DNA of 40,250 nt from a virus (IMGVR_UViG_3300014208_000018:1-40250); one strand, 5' to 3'; numbered from the stretch's first letter, positions 17,772-25,799 are shown. Numbers and translations: made by a program. Notes: generated by a model from the letters alone, not told the origin.

Positions 17772-19394
17772 TTAATGTCCAGTCATTTTAAGATTATATC
17801 CTCCGCTTGGAGTCTTATGTTTCTTTTGTTGGGCCATTTTTCTCATAAAAAATCTTTCTTCTTGAGTAATGGCAATTGCTGTTTGCGGATCATAGAATGT
17901 TGCCGCTAATGCATCTGCCGCGCCTGGACTTGCTATTTTTCTTTTTCTCATTTCGTCCTTAGGCATTATTGCGATGACTCCCTTACTATCTACATTTTTA
18001 TATTTAATGGTTGTTAACTGCAACCAGATTGGATCTTTACTTAATTTTCCTCCTTGTTTAATCCACGATCTAAGTCTCCAATACATTTCAGCTCTCTTAT
18101 TTAAAAATTGTCTTGGGTCGCCCGGTGTTTCGTTTCCTTTAACTCCGAATAGATTCCATTTCTGTTCCGGCTTGACATTATCTACTCTGTTTATTTCGAC
18201 GAGCCGGCTATATGTTCCGATCTGGACGCTATCGACATACACTTTTTTAATATTTGTTTCTTTTAATTTATTCGAGCATTGGCCGGTAAAATCCATTTGA
18301 TCTAATCCTTTTTGATTAAAAAGAATTTCTGCATATCCCGAACTTCTGTGTACTATTGACGCGTCATCTTCTCCGCCATCAGCCGGGTCGATTCCTAATC
18401 TGTTTTCTCCAAAATGTACACCGCCCTGCATTGCCAGTTTAACTTCTTCGTCGCTTATAAGTTGCTGATAATTATCAGAATCAATCGCATCGGCCGGTGG
18501 AAACTTACAGGCAAATAAAACTTCAAAATTTGCTTTCTTTTTTGCTTCTTCGATAACGCTTGGTAAATAACGTCCTTCTGCCATTCCTATTTTATAATCT
18601 ATAAAAACTTTTTTATAATTCGGGTCTTTCCACGTTGTTAAAAAATGATTTCTAAAAAATGGATTGCCTATATTTACTAAAAATGTATCTTCTCCTTTTC
18701 CGGCCAACATTCTGAATATTCCAGAATCGACATCATCGTCTTCAAGTGCGGCTTCATCTGCTACTATATTACGGCCACCAAAACCCATAATTGTCGTGAT
18801 TGTGTTCTGTTTACGTCTGGCATCGGCTGTAATAATCTCTATTGTTCCATATCTTGGTATCTGATCCTCTTCCATGATTGAATATGTCAGTTTAACTTTG
18901 CTTTTCTCTTCAAGCAATCTCATTAATAAATTCTTTTCTTTTATATTTATACCTGAAAGTTTACGGGCAAAGAAATTATTGTTGGCCGTATCGCGTATCA
19001 TGTAATTAATAAGAATGCGACCTCTCTTTGTGTCCGGCACTACCAACATCCAATCTCCGGGGAATGTTGTTATCCTTGTTAAAAGAGCGCGGCTTATTGT
19101 CAAACTCTTGCCGTATTGCGTGCTGGCGATAATTTGCGAGCGAGGATATTGCCTAAATAAAATCAATTTAAATATTGCTAATTCTCCCGGGGACATTTCC
19201 CATGGCGATTCATCTTCATTTTGAAAATTATCTCGAGCGAACTGCCATGTTGCATCATCTTTTAATTTATCAAATTCCTCTTTTATAAATTCATTAGCTT
19301 GTTCTATCGTTAAAACGTCTCCTAAATTTTCAAAGTCTTTGTCTGTGATTATAATATCATCTCCGAATAAAGGAAATATAAAATCTTCTCGCAT
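17772..19394 (-). CDS. terL: Terminase large subunit
   Basis: Walker A ASTQYGKS, Walker B IVADEAA, IGNP coupling motif, nuclease motifs GIDPADGGED and SPGAADALA, FLNKRAEMYW. Confidence 0.93.
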   Translation of the reverse strand: MREDFIFPLFGDDIIITDKDFENLGDVLTIEQANEFIKEEFDKLKDDATWQFARDNFQNEDESPWEMSPGELAIFKLILFRQYPRSQIIASTQYGKSLTISRALLTRITTFPGDWMLVVPDTKRGRILINYMIRDTANNNFFARKLSGINIKEKNLLMRLLEEKSKVKLTYSIMEEDQIPRYGTIEIITADARRKQNTITTIMGFGGRNIVADEAALEDDDVDSGIFRMLAGKGEDTFLVNIGNPFFRNHFLTTWKDPNYKKVFIDYKIGMAEGRYLPSVIEEAKKKANFEVLFACKFPPADAIDSDNYQQLISDEEVKLAMQGGVHFGENRLGIDPADGGEDDASIVHRSSGYAEILFNQKGLDQMDFTGQCSNKLKETNIKKVYVDSVQIGTYSRLVEINRVDNVKPEQKWNLFGVKGNETPGDPRQFLNKRAEMYWRLRSWIKQGGKLSKDPIWLQLTTIKYKNVDSKGVIAIMPKDEMRKRKIASPGAADALAATFYDPQTAIAITQEERFFMRKMAQQKKHKTPSGGYNLKMTGH

Positions 19395-19460
19395 AATTAT
19401 TATTTTTTTTCTTCTTTATATAATTGGATTGCTTCTCTAAATATTTTCTCTGCCTTAATT

Positions 19461-19931
19461 TTAATTTTCAAAATAAATATTTTTACCCTCGCCATGATCG
19501 CATTCGTGTTGAAAAACTTGACTCTGCAATCCTGTTAAATTTTCTGTAATTGTTTTTAATTTCCCAAACATTACCGGCACTTGATATTCTACTCTTACTT
19601 TATAATATCTTTCAACATATTTTTCTTTTCTGAATGGAAAAGACATACAACCTTCTGGCATTTTTATTTTCATTCCCTCTCCTTTAATTAATTTTGGATT
19701 TATTATAATCCTATATTTAAAAACTAATTCTGGTATTAATTTTCTATTCACTACAAAGAAATTAAAAGGTTTATCTGACACTTGGGAATGATGAAGCGCG
19801 CACCCTTCTCTTCCGTCAAATGTTCCATTATTATCATCCATAAACTTTTTTAATTCTTCCGCCTGAATTTTTATCTGTTCCCAATTTTCTACCGGTAATG
19901 ATTTTAAATAATGGATTGGTATAATTATCAT
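19461..19931 (-). CDS. def: Peptide deformylase
   Basis: IINP, EGCMS and QHECDH motifs; motif I is divergent (GCALHHSQV). Confidence 0.9.
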   Translation of the reverse strand: MIIIPIHYLKSLPVENWEQIKIQAEELKKFMDDNNGTFDGREGCALHHSQVSDKPFNFFVVNRKLIPELVFKYRIIINPKLIKGEGMKIKMPEGCMSFPFRKEKYVERYYKVRVEYQVPVMFGKLKTITENLTGLQSQVFQHECDHGEGKNIYFEN

Positions 19932-19933
19932 AA

Positions 19934-20389
19934 TTACTTTTTAATTAATGATTTTGCTTTTTCTTGTTCTACGAGTCTACGAATATTATCTTGAATATCT
20001 TTAAGCGATTTACGTGCAACAATATCTCCAACATCTAATTTTTCCTGCCAATCTTCTACTATTTTCATCCACGCTAATGATTCGGCTGCTTTACCTTCTT
20101 TGACTGCGGTCCGGTATAATCCTGCAATTACATTTGGCGTTCTATCCTTTCCCCATTTCTTCCAACACAATCTTACTTCTTCATAAAATTCCGGTTCATT
20201 TTTCCATCGACAAAGTGTTTCATTGTTAATTTTATTCTTTTTACAAAAATCTCCATCTCTATGAAATCCAAACTCTTCATCTCTATAAATTATAGGAGTT
20301 GCTGTAAATTTAACGAATTCTATCCATGTTGCTTTTCTATAAATACCCCTTTTTTTTGGTTTATTTCGGATTTCATTTTTTTTAACCAT
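19934..20389 (-). CDS. Terminase small subunit (HTH)
   Basis: FCKKNKINNETLCRWKNEPEF HTH followed by helices (LYRTAVKEG-x-AA); upstream of TerL. Confidence 0.65.
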   Translation of the reverse strand: MVKKNEIRNKPKKRGIYRKATWIEFVKFTATPIIYRDEEFGFHRDGDFCKKNKINNETLCRWKNEPEFYEEVRLCWKKWGKDRTPNVIAGLYRTAVKEGKAAESLAWMKIVEDWQEKLDVGDIVARKSLKDIQDNIRRLVEQEKAKSLIKK

Positions 20390-20402
20390 ATTCTATTATT
20401 TT

Positions 20403-20615
20403 CTATTGACTTATTTTCTCTACCTCTCCATTGTTATTCATTACTGAAGCAATTAAAACTAATTTAGACATTAAATGTCCACACTGACACATTTGTGCGT
20501 CTTCATAACCAAAATTAAGTTTATTTTCCAATACTCCACAATAAACTTGTACGCGCTGTCCGCATTTAGGGCATTCTTGATAAAGATTAATGAATAAAAT
20601 TTTATTTAAATACAT
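20403..20615 (-). CDS. Small zinc-ribbon protein
   Basis: CPKCG...CQCGH. Confidence 0.5.
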   Translation of the reverse strand: MYLNKILFINLYQECPKCGQRVQVYCGVLENKLNFGYEDAQMCQCGHLMSKLVLIASVMNNNGEVEKISQ

Positions 20616-20618
20616 AAT

Positions 20619-21965
20619 TTATTTTTTAATTTCTTTTTTTTCTTGTTTCTTTTGATTATTAATAAAATTAGAATATCTTTTTCTTATTACGTCAACGTAT
20701 TTCGGGTCTAGTTCCATCATATAACATTTTCTCCCTAATTCCTCGCAAGCTATTAACGTTGATCCACTGCCTCCAAATGTGTCTAAAACAATTTGATCTC
20801 TTATGCTTGATGCTTTAATCGCCTTGGCTACGAGTTTTACTGGCTTCATAGTCGGATGTTCTTTGCTCTTTGATGGTTTCTTTTCGTTCCAGATATCTGT
20901 CTGGTCTTTTTTATTTATTACCTTACCAGTGATTAAACCATCCAATTCAAGATGATATTCTCCAAGTTTAATCGTAGTTTTTCCGCCATCATAACTAGGT
21001 TTTAAAACTTCTAAATCTTCCCAAACATTTCCTTGATCTCTCCAGCCGGCAAAGTAATGATTAACTATATTGTTCGGCCAACCATAAAGCATCGGTTCAT
21101 ATTGACTCTGCCAGTCGGATCGCGACAATGTAAAGGTATTTTTTGCCCAGATGATAAAACTTGAGAAATGCCCCCCCCCCTCAACAAATGCAGTTTTTAA
21201 CGTATCTATCTCGCTTGATCCCATGCAGATATAAAATGCTCCCTTGCAATTCTCTATTAAATTTTTAACTGATTTAAACAAAAATTCATAAAAATCATTT
21301 TTATTCATCTTGTCATTCAAAATTCCTTCCCGATTATGTTTATCTCCATCTCCGCCCATTCCGCCTTGATAGTCAACATTGTATGGCGGATCCGTAAAAA
21401 CCATATCTGCTTGTTCGCCGGCCATAAGTTTTTTAATGTGTTCCGGATTTGTGGCATCTCCGCACATAACCCGATGATTTCCTATTTCATAAACTTCTCC
21501 TAATTTTGATTCTGGTATTCCGATTCCTGAATACATTTCTTCAGGATCAAGATTTTCTTCATTTTGAATATCTTCTCCGAATAATTTATCTAAATCTTTA
21601 CTTTCAAATCCAATATCCTTAAGCATTGACATTTCAAATTCTGATAATAAATTCCAGTCCCAATCCCCGGTGTTCTTGTTGAGTCTTAGATTTAATTCCT
21701 TTTCTTTTTTTAAATCAGGAATATTGATATAAACCACTGGAACTGTCTTAAATCCCAAATCTTGAGCTATTTTGAGTCTAAAATGGCCTCCAATAACCAC
21801 ACCTTTGCGTTTTGGCGCGTTATTAACGATGATCGGGTCAATCATACCAAACCTTTTAATTGATTCGGTTAATTGCTCAATAGCCTTAGTTTCCCATCGC
21901 CTTGGATTGTATGGAGCTGGTTTAAGTTTATCTATTTCTACATTTTCTATTTTAATTTCCGCCAT
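20619..21965 (-). CDS. ParB-N domain fused to an N6-adenine/N4-cytosine DNA methyltransferase
   Basis: LKPAPYNPR...FG-x-IDPII...IGGH-x-R (ParB), FTDPPYNV (motif IV), HPTMKP and VLDTFGGSGST (motif I). Confidence 0.92.
   Translation of the reverse strand: MAEIKIENVEIDKLKPAPYNPRRWETKAIEQLTESIKRFGMIDPIIVNNAPKRKGVVIGGHFRLKIAQDLGFKTVPVVYINIPDLKKEKELNLRLNKNTGDWDWNLLSEFEMSMLKDIGFESKDLDKLFGEDIQNEENLDPEEMYSGIGIPESKLGEVYEIGNHRVMCGDATNPEHIKKLMAGEQADMVFTDPPYNVDYQGGMGGDGDKHNREGILNDKMNKNDFYEFLFKSVKNLIENCKGAFYICMGSSEIDTLKTAFVEGGGHFSSFIIWAKNTFTLSRSDWQSQYEPMLYGWPNNIVNHYFAGWRDQGNVWEDLEVLKPSYDGGKTTIKLGEYHLELDGLITGKVINKKDQTDIWNEKKPSKSKEHPTMKPVKLVAKAIKASSIRDQIVLDTFGGSGSTLIACEELGRKCYMMELDPKYVDVIRKRYSNFINNQKKQEKKEIKK
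21171..21180 (-). repeat. G10 homopolymer tract in the methyltransferase coding strand
   Basis: Ten consecutive C on the + strand, read as GAG GGG GGG GGG (EGGG). Confidence 0.9.
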
Positions 21966-22533
21966 TTAATAAATTTTTTACTTTTAAATTATATTCGTAT
22001 ATTTTTTCTTTTAATTCTTCAACAGTAAATTTTTTATAATCATTTTTAATTCTTAACATTTCATCCACTTCTGGCCGGCCGTACATTTCTTCCATTTTTA
22101 TGAAATATACATCAAGACACCCATGCTTGAAAACATTATCTCCTATCGATTGAGCATGACAGTTTCTTTCGTCATATCGCAATGAATTATGTGATCGGCT
22201 GATAAAATGTCCGCATTGTAATTTTTTATATGGAAATCTTCTATCGCTTGTTATGCAAATTCCTTCTGTTAATGTTCCGGTTGTTTTTAGACAATCCCTT
22301 AATCTGATAAATTGACTAAAAATTATATCTAATTGAGTTTTATAGTAACCGACTCCTTTTTTCTTTTCTTTCTTATTTTTATTAATTTTCTTAATTTTAT
22401 TAATTTTTATATTTTTTATATAAAGAGTTCCATTCTTTGATTTTTTAATATTTTTATTCCTCTGGTTCTCTATTGATTTGATTCGCGCTCGATCTTGACA
22501 TTCTCGCCACTTTTTTAAATCTTGTTTAACCAT
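21952..22533 (-). CDS. NinG/Rap-like recombination endonuclease
   Basis: LD-x-x-FS-x-FIRLRD, QCGHFISR and LRYDERNCHAQ motifs. Confidence 0.85.
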   Translation of the reverse strand: MVKQDLKKWRECQDRARIKSIENQRNKNIKKSKNGTLYIKNIKINKIKKINKNKKEKKKGVGYYKTQLDIIFSQFIRLRDCLKTTGTLTEGICITSDRRFPYKKLQCGHFISRSHNSLRYDERNCHAQSIGDNVFKHGCLDVYFIKMEEMYGRPEVDEMLRIKNDYKKFTVEELKEKIYEYNLKVKNLLNGGN

Positions 22534-22544
22534 CTTTAAAATTT

Positions 22545-22579
22545 AAAAATAAAAAAGAGATAACAAAAAGTCATCTCTT
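22545..22579 (-). terminator. Intrinsic terminator upstream of the late gene block
   Basis: AAGAGATGAC/GTTATCTCTT 10-bp stem (one G-U) followed by TTTTATTTTT. Confidence 0.7.
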
Positions 22580-22606
22580 GAAACACAATGAATTTAAAAA
22601 TATTTT

Positions 22607-22727
22607 ATTCATAAAGCGGCCAACATTATTAATAAAAGTGCTAGATGTTTTGCCGTTAAACTACAATGGTTTAGCTTTAAGGCCGCTCCATCGAAAGGGC
22701 TATCGAATCCCAATGTATCTAGCCCTT
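22607..22727 (-). ncRNA. Structured RNA with two alternative folds, one resembling a circularly permuted tRNA
   Basis: Fold 1 uses AAGGGCTA/TAGCCCTT and ATGGAGCGGCC/GGCCGCTTTAT. Fold 2 uses GCTAGAT/ATCTAGC closing a TTCGA loop arm, CGATGG/CCATTG, and a D-arm-like TAGTTTAACGGCAAAAC. Confidence 0.55.
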
Positions 22728-22729
22728 AT

Positions 22730-22772
22730 ATCTTAACACTAATTTCATAAATAATTAAAAAAGTTATCCACA
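22730..22772 (-). promoter_or_regulatory. Extended -10 promoter (TGtTAAGAT) with upstream DnaA box
   Basis: TTATCCACA at 22764-22772 (+); TG-n-TAAGAT at 22738-22730 (-), just before the structured RNA. Confidence 0.5.
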
Positions 22773-22774
22773 AC

Positions 22775-23014
22775 CTACTCGTCAATTTTTATTTTATTAC
22801 TTTCTCTTAATTTTACTTTACAACGAGGACATTTGGCCGTTAAAAACCATTTCTCTACTTCTTTAACTATTATATTTTTAACCATTTTATTTTTCCAATA
22901 CCATTCCCATCCGCAATTATAACATCTTATTTTCAATCCTTCTTCTTGAAATTTTCTTTTTTCGTAATAATTTCTTTTAGCAAGTTTTTTAACTGAAAAA
23001 TTATTTTCAAACAT
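22775..23014 (-). CDS. Small basic zinc-ribbon protein
   Basis: CYNCGWEW...KCPRCK. Confidence 0.6.
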   Translation of the reverse strand: MFENNFSVKKLAKRNYYEKRKFQEEGLKIRCYNCGWEWYWKNKMVKNIIVKEVEKWFLTAKCPRCKVKLRESNKIKIDE

Positions 23015-23034
23015 ATAATATTATAATAAGTAAT

Positions 23035-23085
23035 TCCCCCATATGTAATACCGTATCGTATCACAAAAAGGGGGACCCGAACTGA
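23035..23085 (-). promoter_or_regulatory. Intergenic hairpin upstream of the zinc-ribbon gene
   Basis: TCCCCC/GGGGGA plus TGTGATAC/GTATTACA (G-U on the minus strand). Confidence 0.5.
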
Positions 23086-23110
23086 ATTTTAAGATTATTT
23101 TATTATTTTA

Positions 23111-23419
23111 TTATTCTTTTAAGAACTTCCTGCTTTCAATTTCTTCTTGCCGGGCCATACTTAGACCCCAAAGTTTACGTTTATAAGATTCATATTTAGA
23201 ATCTATCCATTCTCTTTTTGTTGATCTATCTACAATTAATGGAATACACCAGACTCCTTCTTTATTTTTTATTATTCCGCTTTCTTTTATTGCTTTATCC
23301 ATATCTTCTTGAGTTTCAAAATAACCCAATATTTCATTATAAAAAAGTAAGCGCCGGCCTTCTAGTAAATATCTAGCCGGATGAAAAACTGACATTTTTT
23401 TTAAATCTTTATTTTTCAT
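23111..23419 (-). CDS. Hypothetical protein
   Basis: Packed ORF on the coding strand. Confidence 0.55.
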   Translation of the reverse strand: MKNKDLKKMSVFHPARYLLEGRRLLFYNEILGYFETQEDMDKAIKESGIIKNKEGVWCIPLIVDRSTKREWIDSKYESYKRKLWGLSMARQEEIESRKFLKE

Positions 23420-23421
23420 TA

Positions 23422-23640
23422 TTAATCTCTTTTTGGTTTATATTGTTCTAAAAAAACTCTATAACTTACTCCTGTCATTTCAAACAATACTATTCCAAAT
23501 GCCCTACCTAAATCTTTGTCAGTTTTTGCGATTACTAATTTTCCATTTTTAAGCCATCTGACAGTGCCATCATTTTCAATTCTAAAAATTTCATTATTTT
23601 CACTATTTTTTATTTGTAATAATATTATTTTGTTTTCCAT
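23422..23640 (-). CDS. Hypothetical protein
   Basis: Packed ORF on the coding strand. Confidence 0.55.
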   Translation of the reverse strand: MENKIILLQIKNSENNEIFRIENDGTVRWLKNGKLVIAKTDKDLGRAFGIVLFEMTGVSYRVFLEQYKPKRD

Positions 23641-23647
23641 ATAATAT

Positions 23648-24328
23648 TTATTTAATTATTTTAAAATAAAGTTCTTGCCTTCCCCACGCCCTTGCCTCGT
23701 CTGTATTCCATAAGAAAATATCAAAATATAATGGGTCTGTTGAATTGCGATATTTTAACGCCATTCTGTCCCTACAAACATAAACCTTGTCCAACACTTC
23801 AATCTTTGTCCCAAACGGATAAATAGCAGGGCAGGCAATATCGCCTAATTGAACCCTGTGTCCGGAGGCATTTATATTCGGATCTGAATCGGTCTGCCTT
23901 TCTTTGGGTGAATATGCGGTGAATATTCCCTTTTTTACTTCGCATACTTTGGTTTCAATGGCAGGCACAAACGCAGGGAGATTGTTTCCGAAATTATCCA
24001 AATCTTTTTTAGTAAAACATCCAGCGATAATTAAATCGATAACGACTATACCTATACAAATAGCAATCCATTTACGCTCAAAAGAAGTCAAATCACTTTC
24101 AACTTTCTGTATCCCTTCGCCTTGCCCGATTGTTTTCCAATGCCAGTTATTATCATTACTGCCAGTAGTTTTAGGGTTATATTCGCTACAAAATACTTCT
24201 TCTGAACCTTTCTCATTAACTTCGTGCTCAAAATTATCACAATAATTATTATGTTCGTGTTCGCATTTCTTACAATCTGGTCTTGTTTTATTTGCGATTA
24301 TCTCTTCGGTGGTTTTGGTTGGTTTCAT
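23648..24328 (-). CDS. Membrane-anchored 3D-domain protein (MltA-related cell-wall domain)
   Basis: TAYS...QTDSDP-x-I-x-ASG...IACP...PFGTKI...DRM...FDIF...A-x-x-WGR; TM segment WIAICIGIVVIDLIIAG. Confidence 0.85.
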   Translation of the reverse strand: MKPTKTTEEIIANKTRPDCKKCEHEHNNYCDNFEHEVNEKGSEEVFCSEYNPKTTGSNDNNWHWKTIGQGEGIQKVESDLTSFERKWIAICIGIVVIDLIIAGCFTKKDLDNFGNNLPAFVPAIETKVCEVKKGIFTAYSPKERQTDSDPNINASGHRVQLGDIACPAIYPFGTKIEVLDKVYVCRDRMALKYRNSTDPLYFDIFLWNTDEARAWGRQELYFKIIK

Positions 24329-24789
24329 ATTATTTTAATTAAATTTGGATTTTCATAAATATTGCCAATCACTTCGCATTCATTAAACTCTGACCAATCA
24401 CACCCACCATCTTTATCATTTTCATTTATTTTTTTTGCCATAAAACAAGGTCTTTGATTAAATAATGAAGGATCATCTTTTAATTTTGGATTATTTTTAA
24501 TACATTCTACTGAATGATCAAATCCTTTATTCCAAATAACTTGTTTTTTTATTTTCCATTTTTTTTGTTTTTGAGAATATGGTCTATCAAAAACTTCGCT
24601 TTCTATAATATCTCCTTCGTAAATCTCTTTACCATTTTTATCAAGTAATCCAGTGAATTGCTGAATATCAAAATCTTTATCTGACTGTTCTTCACTTCCA
24701 AAAAATATACTACCATTACAAGTTAATTCAAAATAAGGCACAAATTCTTTATTTTTTTTATCCCAGCATCTAAATTTTATTTCTCTCAT
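24325..24789 (-). CDS. YopX-family protein
   Basis: MREIKFRCWDK, QFTGLLDKNGKEIYEGDI and EVIGNIYENP. Confidence 0.95.
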   Translation of the reverse strand: MREIKFRCWDKKNKEFVPYFELTCNGSIFFGSEEQSDKDFDIQQFTGLLDKNGKEIYEGDIIESEVFDRPYSQKQKKWKIKKQVIWNKGFDHSVECIKNNPKLKDDPSLFNQRPCFMAKKINENDKDGGCDWSEFNECEVIGNIYENPNLIKII

Positions 24790-24803
24790 AAGTTTTAATT
24801 AAA

Positions 24804-25328
24804 TTATTTTTTAGTAAAAGCAGATAAGCAAGATATTATTTTATTAACTTGATTTTCCAATTCTGACACCCGAGTTTCCAAAGTGCTATCTTTAAGAGCC
24901 AAAGGTTCAGATGGCTTGGAGTCGCAGAAAGCAAGGAGACAGTCATCGCCGCCCCAGCCGTCCTCAAAGTCGCCGAGGCCGAACTCGAAGACGCCATCCG
25001 AATCACGGCTGACGCTCGGCACGCGGTGATTACCGTCAGAGTTAATCCATTGATTTCCGAAAGCAACTAAATAACTATCTTTTTCAAGTTCGTGAGTGTT
25101 TACATATTCCAAAAGTTCCCAAATGTTGGCAGGTCGCATTCCCTTTGATTTGATTAAATCTAAGCATTCCTGCGATGTCATTGTTTTTTCCAGTTTGATA
25201 ATCTGCGGGTTTTTGGTTTCTATCTTTTCAGGTATGGGAAAGTTTTCTTCTGTGATATTTTCATTAATATAATACCACTTTTTTTTATTAAGTAATTGTT
25301 TAAGAGATTTTTTCATACTTAATGCCAT
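24804..25328 (-). CDS. Probable DGR target protein (C-type-lectin-like variable region); true start may be 25316
   Basis: GMRPANIWELL...LVAFG-x-x-W-x-x-x-x-G-x-x-x-VP...W...L pattern; GC-rich segment 24918-25040 has no A-ending codons. Confidence 0.65.
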   Translation of the reverse strand: MALSMKKSLKQLLNKKKWYYINENITEENFPIPEKIETKNPQIIKLEKTMTSQECLDLIKSKGMRPANIWELLEYVNTHELEKDSYLVAFGNQWINSDGNHRVPSVSRDSDGVFEFGLGDFEDGWGGDDCLLAFCDSKPSEPLALKDSTLETRVSELENQVNKIISCLSAFTKK

Positions 25329-25794
25329 TTATAATTAAAATTTCAGGTAAAATTTTTTTTGATTTCTTTTCTAACTTATTAATTAATTTTGTACTCGCAG
25401 AACCACAGCGATAAAACGCAAGGCCAGAATCGCTGCAGTCCAACCCAGGCCTGCCGCCACGGAGGCAAAGAGCAGGCACGTCGTCGGAGCCAAAGCGAGA
25501 ACCCGACAAATCTATGTAATGGTCTTTTAGAATATCAGGATTATCTCGCAAGAGAGCCAAGCCTTCATAAATTGTTAATCCTCTGCGACCTTGTTCTTTG
25601 AATATCTTGTCGCAATTATCAGGGCTTTTTCCAAGCATTTTTGTTCCGTCTTCAATATTTTTAATATAGTAATTATCTGCTGGCGTTTCTATAACATCTT
25701 TGACTCTTTTTAAATCAAGATAGTTCACAACGCCGAGTTCGGTAAATTGCTCTTCAAGTGATTTTGATTTTATAACGAGAAGTTTTTTAATCAT
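25300..25794 (-). CDS. DUF5701-like protein with DGR-type variable region
   Basis: R-x-GLTIYEGLAL...P-x-IL...GSR...VP-x-L...G-x-P-x-L...GSAS; GC-rich segment 25393-25509 has no A-ending codons. Confidence 0.65.
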   Translation of the reverse strand: MIKKLLVIKSKSLEEQFTELGVVNYLDLKRVKDVIETPADNYYIKNIEDGTKMLGKSPDNCDKIFKEQGRRGLTIYEGLALLRDNPDILKDHYIDLSGSRFGSDDVPALCLRGGRPGLDCSDSGLAFYRCGSASTKLINKLEKKSKKILPEILIINGIKYEKIS

Positions 25795-25799
25795 AATAT

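Noticed and set aside
22640-22723. Canonical tRNA or tmRNA gene
   Set aside because: The halves are in reversed order, there is no anticodon loop or CCA end, and the T arm is imperfect. Kept only as a possible mimic.
24836-25066. Alternative-frame ORF over the first GC island (also 25389..25601 on +)
   Set aside because: It is open only because the A-depleted, GC-rich island lacks stop codons.
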